The notes beneath the pieces were generated by a model. It saw nothing but the letters and a program-made list of their open reading frames with translations. It had not been told where the DNA came from and made no database searches. Both the position numbers and the translations under genes were made by a program. From positions 57,786,001-57,850,000 of the forward strand of contig NC_058382.1 of NCBI RefSeq assembly GCF_018350175.1: a stretch of DNA of 64,000 bases, read 5' to 3'. The stretch is from Felis catus. Taxonomy: Eukaryota. Shown here one piece after another: positions 48,524 through 62,588 of the stretch (position 1 is its first letter; each line of letters opens with the position of its first letter).

Positions 48524-49080
48524 GTGTAGGTCGGCGCCTCTGATAACGTCAGGAAGGGTATGAGCCTCTGCAGACGCGACAGATTCTGTGCAGACCCCAT
48601 CTTTTTGTTCCCTTCTCTCTCTCAGGTTCAACCTGCCCCTGCTTATTGGTTCTTTTCCTACAAGTGTAGACGCAACAAAATTGCCCTCGGCGAGAGCACT
48701 TGAGAGGAAAGAAAATCAGCTTCCCTTTGAAATCGGGAGCTAGCATTCTGCAGAGCAGACATCTGGAAAAGCCTGTGTCTCGAGAACCGTGGATCAATAC
48801 GCTCGAAGCGCCCCCTGAAAGCTATTTGGATACGTTCTGAGCAAAGCCGCGCAGAAACTGATTTCTTTTCAGTTACATGCGCGTAAACATGTGCCAGCTA
48901 CGCTTTGAAAAAATACTCATTTAGACTCCAAAGCAGGATTGGAGCACAGAATTATATGCATTTTAATTCTCGTGATACATTAAGTCCCCTCCCCCCAAAT
49001 AAGAGAATTCAGCTCCCTTATTGTTGGGGGTAGAAAAGTGATGAACTATATACGTTTCAATTTTCAGGTTTTGGGGAATA

Positions 49081-49699
49081 CGTTGATTCTTCAACAACAG
49101 GTTCAATGGGTTTGAACTGAACTGGTTACATATATGCAGATATATATCTATGTGTGTATATATATATATATATTTTTTTAAACAAATACAGTACAGTACC
49201 ATAACTGTATTTTTTCTTCTTTATGATTTTTTAAATAGTGTTTTCTTTTATCTAGCTAACTTTATTGTAAGAACAGTATATATGATCCACTGGGGTGTCT
49301 GGATAGCTCAGTCGTCTAAGCGTCCGACTTCAACTCAGGGCATGATCCCGCGGTCTGTGAGTTCGAGCCCCGTGTCGGGTTCTGTGCTGACAGCTTGGAG
49401 CCTGGAGCCTGCTTCGGAATCTGTGTCTCCCTCTCTCTCTGCCCCTCCCATGCTCATGCTCTGTCTCTCTCTCTCTCTCTCAGTAATAAATAAACATTAA
49501 AAAAAGTTAAAAAAAGGAGTATATATGATCCACATAACATATAAAACACATGTTAGTAGACTGTTTACGCCATCGGTAAGGCAGTAGGTTATGAGTCGTT
49601 AAGTTTTGGGGGAGTCAGAAGTTATACGCAGATTTACAACCGCGTGAGGGGTCAGCCCTTGCCCCCACCTCCCCCGCCATGTGGTTTAAAAGTCAACTA
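49081..49699 (-). mobile_element. Tigger2a-like element interrupted by a plus-strand SINE (49291-49517)
   Basis: Reverse complement of the 58615 element; SINE target duplication agtatatatgatccac at 49275-49290 and 49518-49533. Confidence 0.8.
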
Positions 49700-50007
49700 C
49701 CCGTACCTGCAAATACAAGCCGAAGTTGTACCAGAGTCGGCGATGTTTGTTACCCTACCCGCGTCTCCAGCGAGATCTGAATTCGTCTAATTAGCTGTGT
49801 GTGTGAGGGGCATCGCCTGCTGCTTGGTGCTGTGTTCTCTGCTGGGGGTACGAACCCTTGTCTGACCAGCAGGCTTCTATTAGACCTTTACGTGTTTTGC
49901 CTGAGCTTCCCTCCCTGTCCCTTTCTTGTCTGTCTGCCATCCCCCCCCCAGCTCCCGGAAATCTAAAGTTTCATCCGACCCTCTCACATCGTGGAATTAA
50001 AAAAAAA

Positions 50008-50217
50008 TTTTTCTTAATGTTTATTTATTTTTGAGAGAGACAGAGACAGAATGCGAGTGGGTTGGGGCAGAGAGAGAGGGAGACCCAGAATCGGAAGCAG
50101 GCCCTAGGCTCCGAGCTGTCAGCACGGAGCCCGACACGGGGCTCGAACCCATGAACCGCGAGATCACGACCTGAGCCAAAGTCAGCCGCTCAACCGACTG
50201 AGCCACCCAGGCACCCC
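50008..50217 (-). mobile_element. Carnivore SINE
   Basis: Full reverse-complement unit. Confidence 0.92.
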
Positions 50218-51006
50218 TGTTCCTGCTGCTTTCTAAGCGTCTCCTTTAGTATTGGGATTTTTCAGTCATTCGCTTCCTTTCCTGTAGGCACGGAAAACCT
50301 AGCATTTGTGGGTGAACAGTGCTGAACCTTCCTTGTTTGCTGATCTCTCCTGAAATAGGAATTAGGCAACCCCTTTAAATGCTGTGGAATAAATATCTAA
50401 ATCCGACGTCGCCTGCCTCATCTTCTCCCGTAGAGATGGGTAAGAGAGGGTTGATCCACACCGGTGTCCTGCAGATGTCTGGAGGGTCCTCCTCTGTACC
50501 CCACATTGGCCCACTTCCCTGCTTGCATTACAGCAAGGCTGTGGAGTCTGGCTCTGCTTGGGTTTATCTAGCCTCTTTCATTTTTGGCTCTGTGGCTTTA
50601 GACAGCTGTTTCGCCTTCCTAAGCCTTGAAGTTTCTAAAACCAAAAAAAACAGGAATACTAACAGACCTAGCCCACGTGTTACGGGAGCGTTAGGTCAGG
50701 TTATCGCAGAGAGCGTTAGCTCGGCGCCCAGTGGGTAGCGAACACACGACGAATGTTGTAATTGTCATGTAATTATCAAAAAGCATTACATAATGGTAAA
50801 ACTTAGCATGATGGCAAAGAACAGCCCAAACCGGCTTGGCTTTCTCACACGATCACATTAACTAAAGCAGCAGCAGGAAGCGTGGCTTTGACCTTCTAGA
50901 GAGCACAGGACACGGAACCACAGTGGCACTCAGGTGTGGCAGGACGCCCGCGTGTGCACGGGAGAGGGAAGAGTGGTAACTTTTGAGGTGTCTGAAAATG
51001 CCATCC

Positions 51007-51083
51007 TTTTTTTCTTTTTTTAATAAAAAACATTTTTAGAGTGTGCACGAGCTGGGAAGAGGGGCAGAGGGAGAGCGAGAGAG

Positions 51084-51126
<43 letters not shown>

Positions 51127-51254
51127 CTCAAGCAGGCTCCACACTCAGCACAGAGCCTGATGCAGGGCTTGATCCCACGACCCCAGGATCATGACCTGAG
51201 CTGAAATCAAGAGTCAGGTGCTCAACAGACTGAACCCCCCCCCCCGGGCGCCCC
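51007..51254 (-). mobile_element. Carnivore SINE with expanded (GA)n at about 51070-51124
   Basis: Reverse-complement unit with a long dinucleotide run. Confidence 0.88.
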
Positions 51255-54200
51255 TGAAAATACCGTACTTTTATTCAAATACGAACTTTGTGAGAGGAAG
51301 AAATTTTCGAAAAGTGTGATTCGGTATAGCTTCTCTAATGGGTGGTATCAAAAACCTTTAAAATGTTTGAAAGCAAGACCTCTCGTCTCACATCTCAGAC
51401 TTTGCAGAATCAATGACGCTCTGTCATTAGATCCAGCATGGAATGTCCTCGTGTGTGTGTCTCCCTGTCCCTCTCTCCGCCTCTGTTTGTCCTTCTGTCT
51501 CTCTGTCTCTCTCTGATCATTGGAACAACCCAGCAGGGACGGTCTGGCCAGAGGCACTCGCTGAAATGACACCTTCCTCCGTGTCATGTTTTCGGGGATT
51601 CTGAGTCCAAAAAAAGCATACTTGATCTCTCAGGTTGACACTGAGAGTCTGGAATGGCTTCTCCTGAGCCTTGGTGTGTGACTGTCCCTGGCCCGGGCCT
51701 TGAGGTGGAGGGACGGGCTGATGACTGGCAGAGGTTTGGGTCAGGCTGTGGCCGAGCAAGGAGAGTGTGACCCCTGACCCCACAGCCACATTGCCCCCGA
51801 GGACACGGGCGCTGCCCTTCGTGGCTCACAGGCCACGCTCTCTTCTGTCTGCTTGGTTAGTTCTGCCAAGAGCTGGCGGACGTCCGTCTAGTTGCCTGAA
51901 CGTGGACCTTTGTGTCTTTAGGAAGGTATGCAAGTTTTTCATCTCTGTTTCCTTAAAAGAAGGAAGGAGGCCCTGGTTACAGAAGGCTTGTCTTTTTTCC
52001 TCCTGCTCGCTTGGCGGGTTCTCTGCGGCTCAGTGCCTTTGTCTGGTCGTACGGAAGGGGCCGGATGCTGACGTGGGTTTGAAGGAAGGCGGCGACCCCG
52101 TGCCACGGTGCACACCAGGACTGTGGGCCTCCAGGGAGGCGGGGTGGTTGTCTCCTGTATCCCCCGGGGCAAGTCACAGGCCTTCAGGGCAGTGACTCAG
52201 AAACCAGGCCTCTCCCTCGTCGCCCCGAATGGGGCGGCTTTGACTGTGTTGACTTTGTTGCGATGCCGAAAGGTGAGACCTCAACTTTACCCGCCACTCT
52301 GGAAGCAGTCTGTCTCCTACCACTGCTACAAGGTCACGAAGAAAGGAATCTCCGTCTCTACTCCTGTACATGGTCTCTAACAGGTGCACTTCTGGATGGG
52401 TCTGGCGTGACAGTGCGAGGGGAGGAGGACAGAACTGCCCCACGGCCGGTCCGGAGCTGGGCAGGGGTGTTGATGAGCACGGTTCTTTGGAGAGAGAAAG
52501 AGCCCTTATGTGTGATGCTTGAGCAGAGGCCCGTGACCTTGTTTTAAGACCGCAGCGGAGGGAGTTCCTGACCTTGGGTTCCACCTCAAGGATTCCGTGA
52601 TCCTCCATCATTGTCCCCTCAGACGAGGTGACCGGGTTCTGCCCAGTGTGTGTGGGCCTGTGCTCCAGCCTCTTTATGCTGCATGGACAGTCGTCACCTT
52701 CTCAGACCAGCAGTCAGCTCACGGTTCTATGGAGCCTCTGCATGACTGACCTTGATCCTTCCGTCTGGCTTGGGCTCTTTGTACTCATGTCGGGCGCACG
52801 GCTGCACCCCTGACAGGTGAGGCACGTCCTCCAGGGGTACCCACTTAGGGAAGGGTCCAGAAGGAAGTGTTGGCAGGTGCCGGGCAGCCCTCGGGAAGCG
52901 AGCCGGACCCCTGCGCTCGGTACTGCTGTGTTCTAGCTTCTCCGACGCAGGGAGTCGCTTTTAACTTCACTTTGGTCTCAGGCTGTTTGCGCTTTATGTA
53001 GAGAATCTGGCAGGGGTCATGTCTGTGGGTTTCCTCATGAAATCTTTCTTGCCCTGTGCCTCTTTCCACCGTGCGGTCACGCCTGCTACATGTGGCTACT
53101 CTCCTAATAGTGTCTTTCTCGCCTGTTTAGTTTTAAAACAAAGCTGACTTCACATGGAGTACTTTCTACATGCGCGAGTGCTTCCTCCGTGGAGACGAAG
53201 TGTGAAAAAAATCAGAGAAAAAGCAGGGACTCTGGCATCGTAGACACCCCCACTTCTCTGGGTCCTTTCCCACGTATCTGATGCTCAACCCTGCCTCCCA
53301 AGAATTGGAGAGTTTACCCACTGGAGGCCCTTCTCCCCTGCCTTAATCATCTCTAGCCGCCCTCTGTGTATGGGATCCTCAGTTGTTTTTGCTTTCCTCA
53401 CAACGCAAGAGAGACCATTCCTTCCCCAAGGGAGAGAGTATTGGCGCAAAAACTGCAGAGGACAGACAGCCTACCTGCAGACGGGTGCCATCTTTTAGGG
53501 TTGGCTGTTGGTAGAGACTGAGGTGGCTGACTCAGTTGCCCCAGGGACCCGGGGTCAGAACCTGCATGTCAGGAAGGGTGTGTAGTCCTTAACAGATGCC
53601 TGGGAGAAGTGTGGGCAGAGAAACCGAGGATTCTGGGACCCACAGCAGGCTGGACGATGGGCGAGCGGCAGCCAAGCAGCTGAAGGCTTGGGTCTCTAGG
53701 GCCCAACTTTTTTTTTATAAGAAAACGGAGCTAACATTTACTTAGCCCCTACTACGTTCTGGCAACTCAGCTGGCTGTTTCCACCTCTTTTATTTTTCCT
53801 TTTCATTAACACATGGTAAAATTCACCTTTTTTTTTTTTTTTGGAGTACATTTCTGTAAGTTGTAAACTGCGTAGATTTGTGTAACCGCTACCGCGTTCA
53901 ATTAGGTAACAAAACGTTTTCTCCGTCCCCCCCCCCCCCAAACCTCCCTGGGTTCTCCCAAGGGCCACACCCACTCCATCCCTAACTCCTGGCAACCAAC
54001 GAAGCCCCTGTTTGGGAGCACGTCTTATAACTGGAATCATACCATAGGTGAACTTCGGAGAATGGCTTCTTTCCCTCCGCGAAATGCACCTGGGGTTCAC
54101 CCAAGGCGTTACGTGCAGTGGGATTTTATCTCCGAGGGGTATATCCTTGTAGAAGCAACCATACTTCATTCATCCGCCCACCTGCTGATGGACGCTGGGT

Positions 54201-54786
54201 TGTGGCAGTCTTTGACGATTACCAACAGAGTTGCTAGAAACATTTGCGTGAAGATTTTTGTGTCACCTAAGCTCTCACTGAATACACCCTAGGAGTGGTG
54301 TTGATGGGTCGTGTGGCACATAGATGTTTAACTTTATAAGAAGCGACCTGAATCTCCTATGCAGAACTCCAAATAATGTGTGTGGGTCCTCTGCCCTGAA
54401 GGAGGTAGAGTGTAACTACCCACTCCTTAAGTAGGGGCTGCCCAAGCCAGGTGATCAAGGTCCGCAGCACAAAGTCCTTTCGATGGCGTATGCCTTTGAT
54501 ACGACCTGATGACGGTGGCCCTTTACCTCTTGTCCTCTCTCCAAAACCTGTAACCCCAATGTAGCCACGAGAAAAATGGCAGACACATCCCAATTGAGGA
54601 ACATTCTAGGAAATACCCAACACACACTCCTCAGAACCGTCCAGGTCTTCAAAGCCAAGGGAGGTGTGAGAACCTGTCAGAGCCGAGAGGAGTCTCGGGA
54701 GACGGGGTGACTAACACAGGATCCCGGAACAGAAAAAGGACGTTAGGGGAGAGCCGAGGAAATAGGAATAAAACAGGGACATTGGT

Positions 54787-54997
54787 GGGGCGCCTGGGTG
54801 GCACAGTCGGTTAAGCGTCCGACTTCAGCCAGGTCACGATCTCGCGGTCTGTGAGTTCGAGCCCCGCGTCGGGCTCTGGGCTGATGGCTCAGAGCCTGGA
54901 GCCTGTTTCCGATTCTGTGTCTCCCTCTCTCTGCCTCTCGCCCGTTCATGCTCTGTCTCTGTCCCAAAAATAAATAAACGTTGAAAAAAAAATTTAA
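54787..54997 (+). mobile_element. Young felid SINE inside a plus-strand L1MC-like 3' fragment (about 54355-55190)
   Basis: Perfect 17-bp target duplication aaaacagggacattggt at 54770-54786 and 54998-55014. Confidence 0.95.
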
Positions 54998-55674
54998 AAA
55001 ACAGGGACATTGGTTAATCAGAATGGACCGGTACGGGCTCATGAACAGTGACAAATGCACCTCATTGAACTACGGTGCTAGCGGTCGGGGAAACTTGATG
55101 TGGGCTGTGTGGGAATTCGGCACTATCTTTGTGACTTTTCCGTAAATCTAAAACCATTCAACCCTCTAAAAGTTTATTAAGAAAACACACAGCAGCCGCC
55201 AAACCGTTTGGCATCCCCACCGGCAACACGTGGAGCTCCAGTTACTCGGCGTCGTCAACACTTGGGGCTCTCGGGATCGTCTGTTTTAGCCATTTTAACG
55301 GATGTTAGCTTGTCACGGTTGCACCCCGCCTTTCCCCGTTGCCTGAAACGTTGGCCTTCTCACGTGCCGACTCCCCCTCCGTGTGGTCTTCACGCCGTGT
55401 CTGGCCCCCTGCCCCGTGCCACTGAGTCGGCTGCTGCTTCTCACTGGGATGTTTGGAGGTTCTGTCCACATCCCGGCCGCAAGTCCATCGTTGGCCGTGC
55501 GACCCGCAGGTATTTTCTCCCGGTCTGTAACTCGCCTTTTCGTTGTTTGGACAGCAATTTTCACACAGCAAGATCTTTTCATCGTCATGAAGTCAAGTTT
55601 GCCAACTGTCCCTTTGACGGATGGTGCTGTCGATGTTATGGCTAAGAACGGCTAAGAACTCTTCGCCCCGTCTC

Positions 55675-55762
55675 CTTCTCTCTGTCATCTATCTGTTGTC
55701 TATCTCTGTCTATGTCTCTGTATTTATCTGTCTATGTGTCTATCATCTATCTGTCTCTGTCT
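55675..55762. repeat. Degenerate (TCTA/TCTG)n microsatellite
   Basis: Read directly. Confidence 0.8.
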
Positions 55763-56046
55763 GCCCATGGGTGCCCAGTTGTTGGAACTCCACTTGTTGA
55801 AATGACTATCGCTGCACCATTGAGTTGCTTTTGTCAAAAGCAAATCAGCTGTACTCGTATGGGGCCGTTTCTAGACACTGTCCCGTTTCATTGATCTGTG
55901 TGTTTATCACCCACTGACATCACACTGTCTTGATTACCACACCTATCATAGTAAGTCTTAAATCAGAGAGTATGATTCTTCCAACTCGACTCTTTCAAAG
56001 TTGTCTTAGCTATTCTAGTTCCTTTGTCTATCCATATAAATTTTAA

Positions 56047-56248
56047 TATTTTTAATGTTTATTTTTGAAGGAGAGAGAGACAGAGTATGAGAGAGGCGGG
56101 GGTGGGGGGGGGGACAAAGAATCCAAAGCAGGCCCCGGGCTCCGAGCCATCAGCACAGAGCCCGACACGGGGCTCGAGCCCACGAACCGCGAGATCGTGA
56201 CCTGAGCCGAAGTCGGATGCTCAACCGACTGAGCCACCCAGGCGCCCC
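56047..56248 (-). mobile_element. Carnivore SINE; further head-only remnants at about 56355-56414 and 56961-57069
   Basis: Reverse-complement heads ending in caggcgcccc. Confidence 0.85.
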
Positions 56249-58614
56249 TCGAGTTATTGTAAATGCTATCCTGTTTTTAACTTCAGTTTCGGAATGTTCA
56301 TTACTAATATGTGAAAATATGACTGAATTTTATGTTGTCTTTGTATCTTGCAAACCTGAGATCGTGACCTGGCTGAAGTCGGACGCTCAACCGACTGCGC
56401 CACCCAGGCGCCCCAAATAATTGCTTTTTAAAAAAAAAGTTTCCTTGGAATTTTCTGCTTAAACAGTGTGTCATCTATGAATAAAAAGGATTGTTTTCTC
56501 CGTCCCAGTATTTTTTCCCAAGGCCTTTTGATACCTTTGCCTGGCCTCATTGCGCTAGATACGGCTTCCGTGTTCTGCCATGTTTATGGGAGTGATCATG
56601 AATGGGGATGGAACTTTGTCAGGTCTGTTCTTCCGCATTGCTTGATCTGATCCTATGTTTCCTGTCCACAAAGCAGATCACGTTGTTTGATTTTTGCATG
56701 GTATTCCCAGGATAAACTCTACTTCGTCATAATCATTCTTTTTCTGTGGTAGGTTTATTAACGTTTAAGATGTTTGCCTCTGTGTTCGTGCAGGATACTG
56801 GCTTGCTTTCTTGTACTGCACTGTCTTTGATTTGGTGGAGGAATACTGGCCTCAAATGAATTGGAACACATTAGCTCCTGATGCATTTTCAAGAAGAGAC
56901 TGTGTAGAATTGGTGTTGTTTCTTTATCCATACAAATTTTAGAATAAGCTTTAGAATAAGCTCTGAGCTGTCAGCACAGAGCCCGATGCGGGCCTCGAAC
57001 TCATGGGCCACGAGATCATGACCTGAGCCAAAGTCGGATGCTTAATGGACTGAGCCTCCCAGGCGCCCCTGGGGCTGCTTCTTTAAATGCCTGGTAGAAT
57101 TTGCCAGTGAAACCATCTGGACCTGGAGATTTCCTTTTTTTGGAAGGGTCTATCAATTTCTTTCATTGTTATGGGACTATTTAGGTTGTCTGTTTCATCT
57201 TGGCTGAGTTTAGGTAGTTTGTAATTTTTAAGGAATTGGAATTAACCATCTCATCTAGCTTCTTGGCTTTGTGTGTGCCCCTGTCACCCTTGTAAAGTCT
57301 TCAACGCCTCCAGTGATGTCTCTCCCGTTCATTCTTGATTTTGGCCATTTGTGTCTTCTATCTTTCTTCCTTGATCTGTCTTGCTAGAGGGTTATCACAT
57401 TGAATGATCTTCAAAAAGACATTTTTGATTCTATTGGTTTGTTGTTTCTCTTTTTTAACCCCATTGATTTCTGCTCTTTTTTATTTCCTTTCTTCTACCC
57501 AGTTTGGGTTATTTTGATCTTCCTTTTCTAGTTTTTAAGAAAGAAGCATAAACTATTGATTTGAGACCTTTCTTATCTAGCATGAGAATTTCATTTTTAA
57601 ATGTCTTTTTTTTTTTTTTTTTTTAGCACTGGCTTAGCTACATTTCATAGGCTCTAATTAGTTGTTTTTCACTTTCATTTAGTTTGGTACACTTTCTCGT
57701 GTACTTGGAGACTTTCTTTTTGACCAGCGGATTGTGTAGAGGTGTGCCGTTTCATTTCTGAATGTTTGAAGATTTTCCTGCTGTGCTTCTGTTAATTTCT
57801 AGTCTAATTCTGTTATGGTCAGAGAACATGCTTTGTGTGATTTAGTTGTTTTAGATTTGCTAAGGTTTGTTTTAGAAGCCATGATGGGGACTATCTTGGG
57901 GAATATGCTGTGTGCACTTGGAAAGAATGTTTATTCTGTTGCTGTTTGGTGGAATGTTCTATAAATGTCAGTGAGATCCAGGTGGTTGATATTGATCCAC
58001 TCCTCTGTATCCCGGCTGATTTTCTGTCTACTGCTTCCATAGACGAGTCAGAGAGGAGTCCTCAAGTCTCCAGCTACAACTGTGGGTTTGTCTCTTTCTC
58101 CTTTCAGTTTTGTCCATTTTTGTTTCATGTATTTTGAAACTCTGTTGTTAAGTGCCTGCATATTTAGGATTGTTACATCTTTTGACGCCTTGACACTTTT
58201 ATCATTATGTAATGTTCCCTTTGATTCCTGGCAATTCTCCTAGCTCTAGCCTAGACTTTGTTACTAATAAAGCCTTTCTAGCTTTCTTTTGATTAGCGTT
58301 TGCATATTTCTTTTGTCTCCTTCTATTGTTAATCTAATATGATTATATTTGAAGTGAATTTCTTGTAGGTAACATGTAGCTAGGCCATGTCTTTTTATCC
58401 ATTCGGATCGTCTCTGTTATTTAATTGGTGTGTGTGTGCACAATTTATACCTGGCCTGATTATTAATAAGTTTGGATTTAGGTCTCCCATTCTATTGTTG
58501 TTTTCTCATTGTTCCATGTAGTTTTCTCTCCTCTGTGTCCCTTTTCCTGTGTTCACCAGGATTATTTGAATGTTTTAACATCCCATTTTATCTATTGATT
58601 TTTTTAACTTTATA

Positions 58615-58942
58615 CAGTTGACCCTTTAGCAACATGGGGAGTAGGGGTACCAACCCCCTGCACAAAAACTCATATATAACTTTTGACTCCCCCAAAACTG
58701 AACTACTAATAACCTACTGTTGACCCGAAGCCTTACTGACAACATAAACAGTTGATTAATACATATTTTATATATCTGTCATATATTGTATTCTCACGAC
58801 GTAGTAAGCTACAAAAAAGAAAACGCTATTAAGAAAATCACAAAGAAAAGAAAATATTACAATACTGTCCTGTGCTGATTGGAAAAAACCTGTGCATGAG
58901 TGAACCCATGCTATGCACACTGAACTGCTCAAGGGTGAACTA
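58615..58942 (+). mobile_element. Tigger2a-like DNA transposon nested in the L1
   Basis: TA|CAGTTGACCCTT ... CAAGGGTGAACTA|TA imperfect terminal inverted repeats with flanking TA. Confidence 0.85.
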
Positions 58943-61900
58943 TAGCTGTTTGTTTGCTTGCTTTGAGTTTTTCAGTGTTTTCTCTGGGGATTACAGTATG
59001 CACACCTAATTTCTCGTGTTTGTTTAGAATCAATATCTGACCACTTCAGGGGGGAAGTGGAAACCTCACCACGAGGTAGGGGTCTTTATTCTCTCCCTTC
59101 ATGTTGTAGTTGTCCTACATGTTACGTCCATTTACACTGAAAACCTCATCAGCCAACCTTACGATTTTTGCTTTCAACTGTCCAACGTATTTCAAAGAAC
59201 TCAAGAGGAGGAGAATAATCTCCTGTATTTACTCAGATTTCCTCCTTTTTTTTTTTTTTTTTTTTTTTTCACTTGCTCCACTCCTGATGGCCCACATCCT
59301 TCTGGTGTTAGGTCCCTTCTGTCTAAAGAAGTTTCTTTATAACTTCCTGAAGAGCAGGTCTGCTGGCAGCAAACTCTCTCGAGACAGTTTGCACTTCGCC
59401 TTTATTCCAGAAGCATTTTTTTTTTTTTTTTTTTTTTTTTTGCTGGATATAGAATTCTACCCTGGCAGCTCTTTTCATTCATCACCTAAAAACCGATGCT
59501 TCCCTCCCTCCTGCCTGCCCCAGTTTCCGTTGAGAAATCTACACTCACCAAATCCTTATTCCCCGTTGAGTTACGTGTTGCTTTTCTCTGGCTGCTTTCA
59601 CAATGTGTCCTTTGTCATTCGTCTTCAGGATGTATATCATGATGCATGTGACTGTGGATTTCTTCCGTGTGAACGTTGCTGCCGAAGTCTGATGGCCTGT
59701 GTCCTTTGCCAAATTTGGGGAGTTTCAGCCGTTCCCTCCAATGATTTCTTGTACTGCCTTCTTTCACCTCTCCTCCTGGGACTCTAATGACACACACGTT
59801 AGATCTTTTAGTATTGTCCCACAAGTCCCCAAGGCTTTGTTCATTTTATTAAAAAAATCATTTTTTTCTCACCGTTGTTCACATCAGGTCATTTTCACCG
59901 ATCGGTTCTCGTGGTCACTGATTTTTACCTTTGTCCTATTAATTCTGCTGTTGAGCATAGCCAGTGGTTTTTAATTTTTCAGTTACTGTATTTTGTTTAG
60001 TTCTGAAATTTCCGTTTGATTCTTTAGATCGTCTGTTCCTTTGCTGAGACTTTTTATCATTCCCCTCCTTCCCCAAACTCCTCACTTTTGGAGTTTTTTT
60101 CTTTTTCTTTTCATAACAACTGCTTTGAAGTCTTAGCTAATTCCAGTAAGTGTGTCACCTTGACCTTGGCATCATCTGTTGATTCCCTTTTCCCATGTGA
60201 GTTGAGGATTTTCCTCATTCTTGGATTCATCCTGACTGTTCAGATACTACATTATGAAACTCTGGCCCAGGTGCTCAGATTCTGAGTCCCTACCGGCTTT
60301 TGTGGGCCTCAGTGTCAGTTGTGTTTTCAACGCCTACGTGGTGCCGTTCAGATCTGCCCCCCATGTGCCTCCCCGTGGTCAGCGGTCTCTGGCAGCGGTC
60401 TCTCCGGAACCTCAGCGCCCAGAGTCTACGATGTGCTGTTGCGGATTCTGCCTGGATGTGTGCGGCTCTTGGGGTGAGCCCAGGAGCACATCCGCAGCTT
60501 TATGGGCTGGTTCCCTTGAACTCCTCCCTCTTCCTGATGTTCCCAGGACTTTCCAGTTCCAGGACCCTCCTCCCCTTGGTCCTTGCGCCAGAAAGCGGGG
60601 GTGTTACTTCTGCTCTGTTGCACTCTCCCCGCAACTTAGCTCGTGTCTGCGACTGAGCGAGAGGAGGGTCGAGAGAGAAAAATCCGGTGGGTTTTCACCC
60701 ACTTGAGAGCGCGGCACCTACAACGGACAGGAAGGCTCCTGCCTCCAGCGTTTTGGGCATCTGTGGACCCCTCAGCTGCCGTGGTCACCGCTCCTGCCGA
60801 GTCGCTGGGGGGCCGGGTGCAAAGAGCCAAGAAGACAGAGGCATGATACAAGGAACACCCTGGGATTTGGCTCACTGTGTCTGAGAACCAGGGGCCCCTT
60901 CCCTGCTCCTCAAGCGGGACCGCATGGCTTCCCCTGGGGCTCTGCCGTCTACACGGACGCACACTGCTGGGCGTCAGGTTATGGCGCGTCCAGGCAGGGG
61001 TCCTGGCGTGGGGAGCCGGCAGACTCCCCCCTGCTTTGCTGGCGCTTCCCTCATCTACCTGCCACTGAGACCTCGCAGAGACCTCGGAGAGCCGCTCTGC
61101 TCATGCGGCCCGGCCGGGTGTCAGAGGCACATTCGGTGGGTGAGACGGCATGGTGTGCTCACTTCATCTCACGACCACGGGGAAGCCAGAAGACGCGTGT
61201 TCTAGAAGCATTCGACAGTGAAATCTGGATCAAACCGAGGAGTGAGGAAATCGGGGTGTATCTGGTGCAGGAAAATTGTGGTTTGTGTGGAGAAAGAGGG
61301 GAACAAAGGTTGAAGGAGTGGGTAGATGTTGACAGAACCAGCCGACCTGCAGGCTCCCGTGAGGGAGGCAGGGGGCCCCCTCCCTCGAGATTTCCTCCTT
61401 CCATCCCTCGGTGCCTGGGAGGTGTCCGCCCTCACGGCGTGACAAGGCGGTTCTTCAGCCCCCGCTCAGCCTGCCGGGTTGCAGGGAACGGTTTCGTTTG
61501 GCCAGAAGCAAATGAGCTTTCATGTCCACGCGGGGCTGTTGGGAAAAGTACACACGGAGAGAGATTTCTGCCTGAGGAAAGAGTCTGTACTCCGGGGTAT
61601 CGGGTGTCTGTGCCCAGGCTGTCACCAGCGCGTGTGGCCTCGTGCGGTGCCATCGGATTCGGTCTCGATAGGGAAGCCAATCCCATAGAGTAAACCTGTG
61701 TCTCCTTTTCTCTCGCTCGCTCGCTCAAATAAAGCGCAGCCCCTATTGCAAGAATAACTCTTGTTTTGCTGAGACGTTGATGCCCGTAACGGTCTCACCG
61801 CATTTCCATCTGCACACGTTGACCCAGATGAAAACAGAGACCAGGTGTGAACTGTAGAGCACAGCTTCTGATGTGGCTTCTTTCCCGGGTCCGTGATGCC

Positions 61901-62383
61901 GACGTGCCCTCAGGGTTTCCGTCTCCCTGCGGGTTCGTGTACCGAACATCCTGCAGACGCCTGACGCGAATACCATTCACCATTTGTGCCTCAGACTTGT
62001 GTTTTGGTTCTGGGTCTCTGTTTTTGTTTTTGCGTTGTTAGCTCGTCGGACGTCACCAGCAACAGCGTAGGGCAGACGGGGTAGCCGTGGCATCGTCCTG
62101 CGTTATCTTGGCAGAGTTGTAGTCCCAGAGAGAATAATTTACGTCTCGGTTTTCCATTTTGCGTGTCATTTCCGTTTACCGTAAGCGTTTTCCCGACGCC
62201 ACGCTGCCATTGTCGCTGCCCACGACATTTCAGTGAGGCAGCAGAACTGGCACAGTTTTCTTCTCACTGAGCATTTAGGTTACGGTCACATTGTCGCTCC
62301 TCTTGCTGCGTTAACTCCTGCTGCGCGTAGGTTCCTTGGCCATGTTTTGGGTTCTTTCCTTAGGACAAACTAAATAGACTCTT

Positions 62384-62588
62384 TTCAACGTTTATTTATT
62401 TTTGGGACAGAGAGAGACAGAGCATGAACGGGGGAGGGGCAGAGAGAGAGGGAGACACAGAATCGGAAACAGGCTCCAGGCTCTGAGCCATCAGCCCAGA
62501 GCCCGACGCGGGGCTCGAACCCACGGACCGCGAGATCGTGACCTGGCTGAAGTCGGACGCTTAACCGACTGCGCCACCCAGGCGCCCC
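62384..62588 (-). mobile_element. Young felid SINE with a very short A-tail
   Basis: Target duplication taaatagactctt at 62371-62383 and 62589-62601. Confidence 0.95.

Larger units (their letters stand above)
53790..60250 (-). mobile_element. Long ancient L1M relic (3' UTR, ORF2, ORF1) with nested insertions
   Basis: T-rich plus strand; ORF2 phrases (ccagtgaaaccatctggacctggag); ORF 59615-59824 MWDNTKRSNVCVIRVPGGE resembles L1 ORF1p. May extend further to about 61.7 kb. Confidence 0.8.

Noticed and set aside
59110..59787. 225-aa hydrophobic ORF
   Set aside because: Antisense reading of a T-rich L1 relic, with poly-Phe from T-runs.
952..62588. tRNA-like A and B boxes at many positions
   Set aside because: All are heads of tRNA-derived SINEs with CT-rich bodies and tails; no standalone tRNA gene recognised.
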